From: Tubulanus polymorphus
Lineage: Eukaryota > Animalia > Nemertea
Direction: 5' to 3'
Assembly (NCBI RefSeq): GCF_964204645.1
Contig: NC_134025.1
Location: 2,232,001 to 2,296,000, forward strand
DNA length: 64,000 nt
In this document: one piece after another, positions 43,611 to 57,160 of the stretch
Layout of the letters: every line of letters starts with the position of its first letter
How positions within the stretch are numbered: the stretch's first letter is position 1
Translations under genes and position numbers: made by a program
The notes under the pieces: generated by a model
The model's database searches: none
The model's input: the letters and a program-made list of their open reading frames with translations, nothing else
Told to the model about the DNA's origin: nothing

Positions 43611-46600
43611 TTAGAGACGATCAGGAGGTCATCGGCTACATTTACCGAAAGCATGAAGAAAATAAAAACAATGATTTTTACAAGAGAAACACAAATCTCA
43701 TGTAATTAATCATGTAATGTTAACACCAAAAGAAGGATACTGGGTGCCACTTTTAAAGGCAAAGTTAACTATTCAGGACTCTGCTTCTGTATATAAAAAT
43801 CAAACCGATCATCAGTGGAAATATCAAATTAGCGGGTGGTGAAATATATATGCCGTCACAAAATATTGCCGAAGGGCACTTAAATTTTAGACCGTACGAA
43901 CAATGTATTGGGCAATACGGTCTGGATCCGCCCCTGATGGCTTTAGTGACAATCAAAAAGATTGCTAATTTCGTAATTACTTTTCGGCAGCTCAACACTC
44001 GCTTCTAACCAGTCAACAAGTGTTAGTGTGTCCGGGTTGAAGGTAAGCTGTATTGCCAATATTCGATTATCATGTTTTCCGGACATCCTCGTCTCCGCAC
44101 AATGTTGGTGGAAATATTGGTTTGAAACAAGAGGTGGATTGCAAAATAACAAAAAACCACTGACTGGTGAACTAACAAAGTTCAGACAGAGTAGCTAAAC
44201 AGATAAAGAATTTCAATCATATTTATTCTCATACAGTGTACAACAATCATACAAAATGCCAGGTTTGTGCTCGAGGAATTATAACGTAAGCTCCTCAAAC
44301 ACGTGGACTGTATTTCAAAAACAGTCCAACCATGGATGTATAAACTATAAACTAGAGTTTATACATCCATGGTCCAACCATAGACTCTAAAACAGAAACG
44401 TCTATGGCCTACAACCATGGACTCTCGAGTCCATGGCTCCCCGCACTAAAACCAGAGATAAACCTGGCCAAATACTCTGGAAAGCGTAGGATTAAGTAAT
44501 CAATCTGATTTACATTTCTACATTTTATTTTCACATATCATATTATTAACTTTTAGCTTATTTTCTCAAATTTTAATAGTAATTTTATTTCTATTACTAT
44601 GAATGAAATTGTAATAACTCTAAACCACAAAAGTAACATGTAAAGTATTTCGAAGTTTTAATATACAATACATCTCCACTACTACTGATTTTATACAATT
44701 TGCATCAATAGGAAAATAACAAAAATACACAAAGAATTATAAACTTTTATCCATAAAACACAGAAAATTGGACTAGTCTGAAAGTCTAAGATTATGAATT
44801 TGACAATTCATGAGGTCAATATAACCGACACTTTGTTATATTTCATGAAGTATGAATCTACCGTGTCAACTTTTCAAATGACATTTAATTATCAAGAAAA
44901 AGCTCAACTAGAATCGATACGACCTTAATTCAGCGTTTGAAGAACAATTGACATAAACATTTCGTTTTTGATTTTTAACAGTCTTTGATTTAATTTTCAA
45001 TAACATTATTTTAAAAGATAACTACAGTTTTGCCACCTTTGCCTTGTCTTTAAGAGATTTTCAGACATGATCAAATTGGTTATTTTCTCAAATGTTACAT
45101 TTAATGCAAAGTATTTTGGAGGCATTCTCTTCTATGCATTCAGCAAGATAAATCGAGTATATAAATATTGTTCAACTGTCAATTTTAACACAGCTAGGTC
45201 AATTACTACATGTAATAACTTATTGCTTAGATATCTACAATTAAGTTAGATTCAATAATTTTTTGAGGTGCTTCTCGTGCAGATATTTCAGGTTTATAGT
45301 TATTTGTTTTGTTTATTACAATAACTGAGTTGATAGAATGCTAAAAACAACAACAGAAAAGATATCTGGTTTTCGCTATACTTAGGGAAGGTTGTTCGAT
45401 AAAACCATTACAATAAAAGAAGTTCAAACAGCTATAAACAATGTTAAAACGTTCAAAATTAGTCCTAGCTATAACTTTAGCTTTACCTATCAAATGTAAA
45501 TAATGGTCTCCTTTTAGATAAAGCTTTTGCTTTCAAATACGTAGCATCGAACAGATTGATGGAGGCTCAAAGTTAAAACTCCATGTGAAAATCGACATAT
45601 ATGATTCATTTCTCAAATTGGTTACACGGGCCTTCGAAAATATCAATGCCGTCAGATTAGTACATCTACAATTCTGCAAATACTTATTATTTGTACATAG
45701 AACGTAATGTTCTATGTTTCCTAACCATGTGATATCTACAGGGCAAAGCCACTGTGTTGACTCTGTTTAACTATGGTAAGCACAATAAAACTTACAACAT
45801 CATGTTGAAACTATATCTCAGTTTAGGCGTTAACTCAACAGACCTACGACTCAAAACTAGGCGCTCGACGCGACCATTTACTCCTAGTGACTAACCAACT
45901 CGACTTATCTATCAACCTAAGATCAAAGACCAATATCGTGAATTAATGGAGCTCAGCTTTTATTAGACCCTAAGAAGGATATTTCTGTCACATTGCAAAA
46001 CACATGACACATCTTTTTACAAACTCATTATAAAATAGATTTCTCTATATTGAAATATTCTAACGTAGAGTTCCTTTCTCAGGCCAAAGGAACCTAATTA
46101 TCTCACTAATTATCTAACTATTTTCAATATTCGACTCAACAACTATTTTCATACTCCATTCCACGCAATCAGGTAAATTTTTTAAACTATGTTACCTATC
46201 AGACTGGTCTGAAAAAGGGTGATATTAGTAAAAAAATCAATACTTTACTACAGAGGTCTTTGCCGCTGCTTGATCTCAGTGTTCATGAGATAAACCATTG
46301 TCTTTGCTGCTTCGGTGTTTATCCTGAATCAGATTTTATAAGATAATCCATTGTCTTTGCTGCGCGAATCAGTGTTTATAAGATACACTATCATCTCTGC
46401 TGCTCCTGATAAAATGTTTTATAGAAATCAACCACCGATTGTAGAAGATTCCATTGTTGAGTGATTAATCCGTCGCTGGCTCCTGAACTTCTCATCTGGG
46501 TTTCTACAGTTTTCATCAGCAAATGGGTCAATGGGTATTTGTCTACTTGTGTCTTCTTCAGGCCATTATTTCCGGGATGTAGTTTGACTGAAACAAAGTG

Positions 46601-47379
46601 AAGAAAGCAAAACATTTTAGAGAGATTTATCATAACTTACATGTCATTTCAAATTACAAGCCACCGTGTTTTTCACTTAGTTAATATAGTTATTTCCAAA
46701 ACCAGAATTAGGTTCATTGACGTCAATTGCCGATTTAAACCCCAATAAATAATTGCAGTAGTAGGACTAGTTCATTAATGTTTAAGCTTGGAGTAATCAT
46801 TTGAAAAATTTATTACTCCAAGGTGCAAGACTAGTAAAGATAAAAGTTCTAAGATCATCCATGTGGACAGGTAAATAGATTTCGATGATAATCACTTATC
46901 AAATGATATTCATATGAGGCCTGAAATTTCTATATACCGGTAATTTCCATCTAATGAGTTTGATTCTTCTGTGGGTTGTTCAAATCCGTAGATTTCAGAT
47001 GAGTAGTTGATTTTAAGCTGGTCTCTTTCTTATAGTTGAAACTTAGCTGCAATGAGTAAATAAATATATCCTGTAATCACAACATTTAGAAATCATCGTA
47101 ATAACTCCATGTATATCAAGTTACCTTTTATGATTGCTGGTTTCATCATCGACGAGGATCTCCTAAGTCGGTTGATTTCTGTGCACTGTTTTCTCTAATT
47201 GGCAGATTTTTGATGAGTTGTTGACCTCAAGCTCTCGTTTGACTTTTCGAGTTGGTGTCCCTTACAAACCACACCTGGCGGGAGCGATACGGCGGTTTTT
47301 TTCAAAATCGGAAATCGAAGTACAGATATAGTTGCGTGATCGGCGGTCGTTTTTACAGATCTTTTTTTTTTAAGTCCAA

Positions 47380-48095
47380 GAACATAATTGGTAATTCGGT
47401 TCTGGTTCATTCAAACAATCTTTTATTCTGCCTAATTCTGATTTTGGAAATAACTATATTGTTGAAGATAATTTTACAATATTTGGTCTTTTTTTAATGT
47501 AACTAGTCCGAAAGTTTACAATGTTTAATAATTTTGTCTAACTTCAATTTTTTTGGTCGTTTTCACCGTTTAAATAGTCGAAGCACATATTAAGTGACTG
47601 ATTGGGGTTTACTTTTTTCTGCCTAATTTAATACATCGAGATTTTGGAAATAACTATATATTACAATATTTGGTTTTGTTTTCATGTAACTAGTCCGAAA
47701 GTTTACAAGGTTGAATAATTTTATCTATTTTTTTCTGCCTAATTTAATACATCGAGATTCAGGAAATAACTATATTTTACAATATTTGGTCTTTTTTTCA
47801 TGTAACTAGTCCGAAAGTTTACAAGGTTGAATAATTTTATCTATTTTTTTTCTGCCTAATTTAATACATCGAGACTTTGGAAATAACTATATTTTACAAT
47901 ATTTGGTCTTTTTTTCATGTAACTAGTCCGAAAGTTTACAAGGTGGGAGAATTTTGTCTAACTTTAATTTTTTTGTCATTTTCACCGTTTAAATTTGTCT
48001 AATTTTTTAAAGTTTATTGTAGTTTTTCTCGAGTATGTCTGAAATCGAAGTACATAATTGGGAAATTCGATTCTGGTTCATTCAAACTATCTTCC
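47380..48095. repeat. ~117-bp AT-rich tandem repeat (~4 copies) bracketed by a ~40-bp direct repeat
   Basis: TTCTGCCTAATT...GTAACTAGTCCGAAAGTTTACAA at ~47427, 47617, 47733 and 47851. ACATAATTGG..TTCTGGTTCATTCAAAC at ~47382 and ~48052. Confidence 0.85.
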
Positions 48096-51000
48096 AATCA
48101 GTCTGAAACGGCAAGCTGAAGAAAAGAGCAGAACCTTTTGAGCAGAAAATCCTTTGGAATATCACTGATCATAATTATCATGTCAATTCATATATAAGAT
48201 CAGCAACGTGGATCGATACGTAGATTTTAATAATAGTCTTAAATGATATTCATGAAATTCAACTCATATAGTAATTCATCTATATTCTAAATATCTAAGC
48301 AATGGTTGATTATTATAGTTTAACAACAATTCAACTAAAGCATCTATAGTCATCTCTAGGAATACCAGAGTTACAACAAATTTAGTAATGCATAATCAAT
48401 CTTATCAAATCGTTTTTGAACTGTTTTCTCTTCTATCTTCTTGAAATTCTTGATGTGTCTTTTATTGAAACCCAGGCCCATCATACAGTGCAAACCTGCT
48501 AGTAATATTGGCCTATATATATTTCGATTGTCAGCTAAACCATGTTCGTATTATCAAATTTACTTCATCGTCAGTTAATACACTTAAGAGATGTTTTCTA
48601 CCCACAGATGGCGACATCTGTACCCAGTGAATGGTATTCTAATCCATTTCATTAATTCTAAATATTGCTCCTAATATATACAATGATTTTGTAATTATGA
48701 TAATATAACTAACTGAAGAGTGAGTGCGCTGCCAGCATTGAGCACACTGATCCTATAAGTAACATGGTTCTACAGATTTAAGAAACCTCGAATCATTCCC
48801 ACAACTCGACAAATCCAGAATTCTGCAAAGCCTTAAAGATTCAATAAATCCCACGCACAAGAGACAGAGTTAAAACATACCCAGTATTCTTTATATATCA
48901 ACCAATATTGAATTATACTTATCAACCCCTATGGTTTAGATTTGAGCACTTTTACCTTATATGAAGATGCTGAATTAGATACCTAATCTATAAGTTAATT
49001 GATAATGTCCTAGCTATAATTGAAATTGTCTCGGACAATATTTTTTTATATGGGGCTAAAAATTTCTACACGAGAAGAATCTCAGATCCGGTACGAATTT
49101 GAATTAATCACTATTTGAACTGCTAATTTTGCATCAGAGCTTTTGATACCTAGCTTAACTAACCCAGAATCCCCCAAAACCTAACTGATTCAACAGATCC
49201 CACACACACATGTGGCCCAGTTAGACGCAGATGACATTGCGCGATACAGTCGTCTCATCCACTGTGCAATTTTGAATAAGTTTCAGTTATATTCATTACA
49301 TTGAATTAATTTTAATTATATTCTAGGTATCTAAGCGAACCATCAATTAGTAATCATACTAGCTATATTTTAATTGTCAGTTGAACAATATTTATATGGA
49401 GCCTGAAAATCTAAGTGAGTAGAATTTCAGATGTGGTGAATTCGTCACTATTTGAATTCATCAGAAATTAAAGATAAAAAAGCATATTTTTAGTGGTAAA
49501 TTAGAAATTCCCTTAGCCGAATGGCTATTTAATCTTTATTTCCCTTATATAGTACACTGTGTATAAGGACCGAAAGACCTTGTTATGACTGGACCTCCCT
49601 GGTGCGGTGCGAGTCATGATGCTAGAAAATAGTTTGAAGGAGGGGGGTTAGTAAAAGAGAGCTATTAGCAAGAGGAATAAGACCTAAGTTTAGGATATCC
49701 TGTCAGAATAAGGCTCTCAATCTGACATACACAGTGAAATTGAAATATTCTCCCTTCCAAATTCAGGAATGTATTTGTGCACTTACAGATTTGTTTTATC
49801 TCCCTTCGATCGGAAGTAAATCAGCGTGAAATGATTTTGGCAATATGTATCAAAACTAATACAGCTGTATGAAGACACAATACTTAGATACAGATAAATA
49901 AATGTGCTTTAAATGTACATGGACCTGAATTAAAAACTATTTCAAATAACATATTGAATTTACCTTAATCATAGATATCTTATAGTAATACATTAATGAG
50001 TTATTCACCTTTGATTCTTATTGTCAGTTAAGCAATATCTATTATGCGTAACTTGACACACAGTATGGCTTTTAGATGAATCAGTTAAGTTTTGGTAAAT
50101 TTTGGCAATATTGAAGACCAAGACCAGTCGCCGTAAGCACAGCAGTTGGAGATGTAAATACTGATCAGTCGATGAGACTGATTCAGATGGGCTCATACAT
50201 ATATCAGCTATATTTAAATTTTCAGTTTAACAACATTTATATTATGGACCTGTATTACATATAAATAGTTTTTGATCTTACATGAAATATTAAATTCAAC
50301 TTAATTGTGGATATCTAAGCCATTGGTTAATGAGCAATTTGTCCTAGCTATACATACATGATAATTTTCAGTTAAATAATAATCATAGCGCAAAACAAGG
50401 CACAAGTATGGCTCTGTGGAATGTTTTGAACCAATTAAAGCTTTGCTTGATTCTAGATTTATCAAAGTGGTGAGACCTAATCAAGGTTTCTGAAAAACCC
50501 GCAGTCCATAGATTTCCCCATGTATATATATTACACCAGATCTTGATAGAGCCCTAGACACTATTTTATACATCTTTCCCCCAGAAATTCATTAACGCAA
50601 TGGGTAAAGCAGCATATAATATATACTGTAAAGTGCCTGAATGATTATAAATGTATCAATATACTATTTGTAAAAAAAACTATTAACTGACGATAAATTT
50701 GATTGATATATATCTTTACAAGTAAAGCCAGCCTAAATGTATACGGGGCCCTAAAATATCTACACCAGAAGAGTTTCTCGTCAAACATTATAAGATATTG
50801 AATGATTGCTAATATCTAAGCGATTGGTTAATTAGTAAATTGTCTTATCTATATCTTGATTGTCAGTTAAACAATAGTCATATGAGGCCTGAAATATCTA
50901 CGGTACATTCAGAAAATTTCATAAGATATTGAATTTACCTTAATTGTACATACTTAAAAAATCTTTTAATCAATAACTGACCAATCTACATTTTAATTAT

Positions 51001-51559
51001 CAGACCAAAGAATATTCAAGGGACCTCACTCAATCGTTTCGCCTTGTAAATATTCAAGCAATCATTGCCCTTGCTATATTTCAATTTACTTTTAACAATA
51101 TACCGGCCATAGAGCTTCAATAAAGTAGTGCGGAGATGGTGAGCTTGACCAGCGTCTGTATCCTCACCAGTGCCTATGCATTCTACCCCAGATATGAAAA
51201 ATCAACTTAGCTTTATGTATGTATGCATTCCTTTTGCCATGCAGGATGAGACTGCCAGGTTCGGTTGCGGCAGGACTTTCGGTGTTTGGTTCATTCAACG
51301 TGGAGTCTTTTGTGGGCACTTCTGGTGGGCAGATTTTAAATGGGCCTTTCTGGATTAACCTGAAATGAGTAAAAGAACGATATTCTGTAGTTACACAATC
51401 CTTTCTGTATCATACATCGTAATTTACATGTGTATCAACTTAACTTTCAATATTGCTGAGTTCAGTGTTCTTTTTTCGCCATCTTCTGTAGTCGCCTTCA
51501 GCATCTTCTTCTTCATCTTGGGAGTCATGAAATGAAAAAAAAGAGAAGAGCGATGAAAA

Positions 51560-52345
51560 CCTGGTACGGAACAAAACTAATGTTCGAAAGCTTTACAGCT
51601 CTCCGTTGCCGGTCACATGCCCAAAACACCAGACAAAGAGCCAGCCAGGAATATACTGCCCCCTACACGCCCTCACACAGAACGCGAAAACCAGGATGAC
51701 GACGCCTCACATTCCCCATCTAACTGCAGGATGTACTGGGCGACGTCAGTAACTGACACACCTGTAAAATTGCACGAAACACAAATAGCGCAGTACAACC
51801 AGCTTGACCGGGTTGAGATTCAGGATCTCAACTAGCACCCAAAAGCGTGACAAGAGACTTCATCCACTGACCGAGGTTGTCACAAGGACACAATGAAACT
51901 AGCACTCACAAGCCGACGAGAGACTTCATCCACTGACCGGGGTTATCACAAGGACACAATGAAAACTAGCACTCAAACTAGAAATCAAAGAGCGTGACAG
52001 CAGAATCATCCCTCAGCCGACTCAGAATACCAGAAACAAAGAGCGTGACAGTAGAATCATCCCTCATCCGGGCGGTCACAAGGACACAATGAATGCTAGT
52101 AGCGTGACAATCCAGTATAACCGCTCCATTTGTATCCCGTGCAATGCCGCAGATATGCCCGTCATTGACATCACTCAGCACACTTTGTAGATAGGTGGGG
52201 GCAGTGAGGCCTCGTCATCCTGGTTTTCATGTTCCGTATGAGGGCGAATAGAGGGCAGAATTTCCTGACCGACTCTTTGTCTGACATCCTCGACACGTGA
52301 CCGGCGAAGGAGAGCTGACGCTTTCGGACATTAGTTTTGTTCCAG
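51560..52345. mobile_element. Inverted pair of decayed LINE 3'-end fragments around a ~75-80-bp tandem repeat
   Basis: 51560-51730 (+) and 52190-52345 (-) both encode NKTNVRK..QLS(F/V)AGH..., resembling the RTE-like R.L.FAGH..R motif. Central repeats contain CACAAGGACACAATGAA. Confidence 0.55.
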
Positions 52346-54034
52346 CAAACGTTGAAATTCGACAGAGAAATCGGCCCTGAAAAATAAAACGGGTTAATTG
52401 CTGAAAAATAGAACGGATTAATTAACACGGAACAGTACAGGACAGCACAGAGACAAACAGTAACACATAAAACATAAAGACGTCGTTCCTCAGGAAGCAG
52501 GAACAGGAGCAGGAGCGGGAGCGCAGCGAAAATCGCCAGGAGGAGAATCCACGGTAGCATGTTCACAGTGTGAGTAAGCTGAGGTGAATGGTCTATGCTT
52601 GTGCACACCGTGGTCAGTCGGTGACGTATTCAATAGCGCGTGTCAGAATGATATCAACAACTCTGAAAACCCGCAATTGTGTCTTTATTGTTGAATGGAT
52701 TTACATTATGAGGTTCCACCGCCGGGGTGAATACGCGCCAGTAGTCAGCTGAACAATATAGTGGAGGAACTTTAATAAGGCCATGAAATAAATTACTTGA
52801 TTCCCAACAGCTACTTCCGAATTTATAAGCATCCGCCTGTTTTTTTTGTCCTTAAATTCTAGAATGATTTATAAATTATACCGACCGATAGCACTTCCAG
52901 TTCAGATTCACACCAACACAGGTCTTCCTATCATAGAAACCGCGTAAACATTTACTAATGAAATTAGTTTATTAGTCACGGACAATTCATGCACCCCGAG
53001 ATAACTACCTCACATGCACGAGGAAAGCGGTCTATTTGAGTCATTGGGGGAAAACCCACTAATATCATGCATTCACGATTATTCATCATTCATACTGTTA
53101 TCACAGAATCCCGTCAATAGACAGATTTTCATTAAAAAAAACTCCTCGATTCAATTGAGGGGAGATATATGAGGCATTTTTAATTTAGTTGGAGCTGACG
53201 GAAAAGGACAGGACGCGTTGCTGGTGCCGCGGTGAAATTATCCGATTGTAAAATTAAACTACGAACAGGTAACTGGTCCTGGACCTTGGTCAAATTTTAT
53301 CCTACCAAGCCTTATCCTTCGTCCAATATTTCAATCACCGAAATTCAGCAGCCAAGTTCACCTGCGGCATGACACCCACACCGGTACGCGCCTGGCGCGA
53401 TACCAGCATTAGTCAGCAAAATGTTCTCATAAAAATGTACTGTATAAATAGTAACATACTTTTTAAATGTACTATTTATAGACGTTTATTCAATGTCACA
53501 CGAGTGTAAGTGTTATGTGCCTGACGGGTGTACGCCAGTTTCAGGTGTAAATACTACCCAAAAATCGTCGCAATACTTCCCAGGTGCATCGAAAATCAAT
53601 CTCCCAAACATGAATTACAAATAGAAAATGTTTATAAATAGAAACAGCTTCCAAAACCTATGTAAATAAAGTGCATATAACTGACAAATGTCACAGATCG
53701 AAAATAGGAACCTTTTCGTTTGTCATCGGGTTATATTTAGTAACGTAAATACGATTTAAACCAATGAAATCCTATTTCTGTTGAATAAAAATAGACAGTA
53801 GTTATTAATAGTTATAGATATACACGAAAATAAACTCGATCGATTGGGAATTTTTATTTGATGCCCTATTTCAACTGATCGTGTGTTTATAAAATATCAT
53901 TTAAATGTCTAGGGTCAATTCGATCGAACGACAGCTATCTTTGACGTCCGCGGAATCAATATATGAACTGTGGTGAATTGCGGGAACGAGTGAACTCCAG
54001 TCAGTTAAACCTGCTACATTAGGCAGGCCTACCC

Positions 54035-54570
54035 GAAAAACTATCATCATCGAGAACTATGAAAACTCTGACAGATGACAAACGGGACCCAGCGCCTTGA
54101 TGTTCATGAACAGCCCGCTGCACTGGCCCCGTAATCACATCTTGCAAATTACTTTCGTGACTTGTTACATCATCATCTGCATACAATACGAAATTGAATA
54201 AACTGCACCACTAGAAACTAACTGCTCTACGTCTAGGTAAAACTGTTGAATAATTTCTCGATTTTTAGATGTTTTGATTTTGAGTTTGTATCTGTTAATT
54301 TGAGAACCGAGCCTTGGATCAGCGATTTCTTTGCTTGATTTCACAGTTTTATCAAAGACACATTTCCCGTCACTCCTCTGTAGAAGAATTCTTAGATCAT
54401 GTTCGATTTAAATAAAGCCGCTTTTGCTGGTGATAGATCTTCCTTCATCCGAAATATCTACTTTGATCTTGATTTTCTGTTCCGGGAAATGTGTGTTTCT
54501 TAAACGTCGTAGTAAATTCCGAACTCGTGAACGTAAATTCTCAGAATGTTCATAACAACGTTCACAAAAA
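54035..54570 (-). pseudogene. Decayed coding exon of unknown family
   Basis: A ~130-codon frame (YEHSENLRSRVRNLLRRL...) with one internal TAA, then a frameshift into YADDDVTSHESNLQDVI...LDDDSFS ending at a G|GTAGG donor-like site. Confidence 0.35.
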
Positions 54571-56427
54571 AGTGAAAAACTATGATAGTAATAGTAATAT
54601 TAGTATCAAGTAGTAATTTAAATTCTATAGCAGCCTTTTTACTGTGATATAATGATCAACGGCGCTTTCCATTAAATTGATTTTATTACCCCCAGCCTAT
54701 AACTCTAACCATTTGTCTGTCATTTCTGCCTGGAGAGAAGTAACATCCGAGCAGCTGCTAGGCGCTCAAGAGTCATATATCAGACCAGGTACCCATTTAC
54801 TTCTGGGTGAAGAGAGTACAATATGTTTTTGTAATAAATCCCACCTCTAAAATATACTGCTTCATTGCCGTATCATCACTAGATTTATACAATTTAATAT
54901 GAAGGAAGTGAAAAAACAAAACAAAAAGTTAATAGATATAACAATGGCAAGTGACACATACTTCCCGACAAATATTCTTGAAAAAGAAAGAAAGAAAGTG
55001 ATTTCCATTAATACACAAAATCCTAATGATCTTCGAACATCAAGAATGAATCAGTTTTCAAACATGGGTTTTTCTAAATATCTGAATTCGCTTGCGTGTT
55101 GCCAATGAGATATACGGGTGTTGTAGGCTATGTTTCTGTTGTGTTAGAAAAATGGGGATAACGTAAAAAGAACGTGAAATTCGTCGCCAACTGCGTTAAG
55201 ATTCATTCATTTCTTATCTCGAGCCAGGGAAAATACAGGATACAGAAATTCTTCAATGAGTCACCACAATAACATCATCATTGAAAATAAAATAAATGAA
55301 ATTGATACAATACAAGGTGGGTCAGAAATTTCGGAGAAATGTGTCATTCGTACTATTTCCGACTTCTTTTTAAAAAAATACTAAGCTTAATCCTATGAAT
55401 ATATTTACTTTTCTATGCTATTTAAACATTTCTCAGAAGGTGGTCTGGATTTGATGACGTCAATGATGACATCACATGTCGTAGCTTTTTGATTGTCATA
55501 CAGGCACTTTGTAACCTTTACAACAGAAGCTCCTGCGAGCTGTATTGGATTTCATAAAAGAAATCAATACTGAAGATGAAAAACGCACTCAACTTTGTGC
55601 ATCATCACCATCATAAACCGTTGCCTGGGAAACAGATATACAACGCCCATCGTCACCAGGATACCACATAATGACATCATGTTCTAGACCTATTTTTAGT
55701 AACGGAATGTGGGATTTCTAAGGCCAGGTATTTCCTAGTTTTTCTCGAAATAGAATTGCAGGAATCGCATTGTAAGTTAACACCCCATTAACTAAAATGG
55801 ACAAAAGTGATAGATTTTCTGGAAATATCAACGTTCATCTACAAACATGGGCATATTGCACCGCAACTCCTGGAAAATACCAAATGTTCGTTGTTATGTG
55901 AGGAGACAATCAGTCAGGTGCTTTCTCATCCTTCACAAATTTCGTGGAAGCAGCTTAATTACTAGTTCGGTGTATTTTACTATGATATTGTCGAATTCAG
56001 TAATATTTCTCCAGGGCACGAACGGAGTTTTCGGTTGATGATTATGTTCTAGTCTAAATAGCTGTCTCATTCCTGTTTATCTATCATGTGTGATCTTAAC
56101 ATGTCGTTAAATGAAAAGATGATGCACTTGATTGATACCTAATATGCGAAATAATGATAAACGGGAAACTTTGTCTAAAACATAATTCGTTCTGGCAGTA
56201 AAGAGAAAACGGGAGACGAAATAAAGACTATAAATTCACATTTTGGTCACCACCATCGACGACTAGTTACCACATCACCTAACATGTCGACTTTCCAGCA
56301 CTTGAGACTAGATTTTGTGATCTTATCATATGGATTGTCCCCGTTATTTATTTGGCTGGTAAATTTTGTTTGATTTTTTCGATTGAGTGTCCCTTACAGA
56401 CCCACCACACCGGCCGGGAGCGAAACA

Positions 56428-56480
56428 AGGGGTGTAGTTGTTAGCACGCTCGACTTGAGCGCCGGTGGTTCCTTGAATTT
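56428..56480 (+). mobile_element. Degenerate tRNA-derived SINE head
   Basis: GGTGTAGTTGTTAGCACGCTCGACT resembles a tRNA 5' half / A-box; the B-box is degenerate. Confidence 0.4.
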
Positions 56481-56814
56481 CAAAGTGGTTTTGATGGGGT
56501 ATGGGGTTAGGTAGAAAATCTTTTCCCGTTACTTACGTATGATTAGTTTATGAGTTGAAAATGCCTTCGCAGCTCTGATCCTATTTTCATGTTCATCAAA
56601 AAATCAGTTCAAAGTAACGAACCGTTTTTGTATAATGGTAATATGGTGCATTGAATAATTACGCAAGATTGGATTTTGGCAGTAGACGGTTCATACTTGC
56701 TTAATCGTCTAGTCTGTGAAATGCATTCTTTCTAGTTAAAAATCGAATCTTGAATCTTTCTTGCAACGCGTTAAACTCCAAATGGAACCCGGTACTTCAT
56801 TAGTGTATGTATAA

Positions 56815-57160
56815 CCGCGTTCACACTTCGTTATTAAGAACGTCCTAAATTCAGCCCGTTCCAATTTAGAATGGACCAAACGTTCACACTAGCGAAAAGC
56901 CAGTTCGTTCTATTTTAAAACGGACGAATATAGACCGACCAGGTTTGTACTAAATTTTAGATCATTCGTCTAAGTGGATAGAAACTTTGCCTTTATTGCC
57001 TGTTAATCACATCGTTGTGTCTTGCTGGACTAGCTGTAACAGATCTGAAATGATCGCGAACATACGGCTTGGTCCGTTCAGGGCCAAATTAGAATGGACC
57101 ATAGATGCTAAAAGGAAGTCCTCGTTTTAGAATCAATGAACGGTCTAGACAGCGATAGTG
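56815..57160 (+). repeat. Dispersed repeat; inverted homolog at ~62130-62345
   Basis: CCGCGTTCACACTTCGTTATT..CAATTTAGAATGGACCA..GTTCACAC.AGCGA.AAGCC matches the reverse complement of 62250-62342. Confidence 0.7.

Noticed and set aside
52171-52608. 145-aa ORF with hydrophobic N-terminus
   Set aside because: Low-complexity sequence fused to a decayed LINE fragment, with no gene structure.
54690-54825. Resemblance to a widespread metazoan SINE central domain (CCAGGTACCCATTTACTTCTGGGTG)
   Set aside because: Recognised from memory only; too degenerate to name or delimit without a search.
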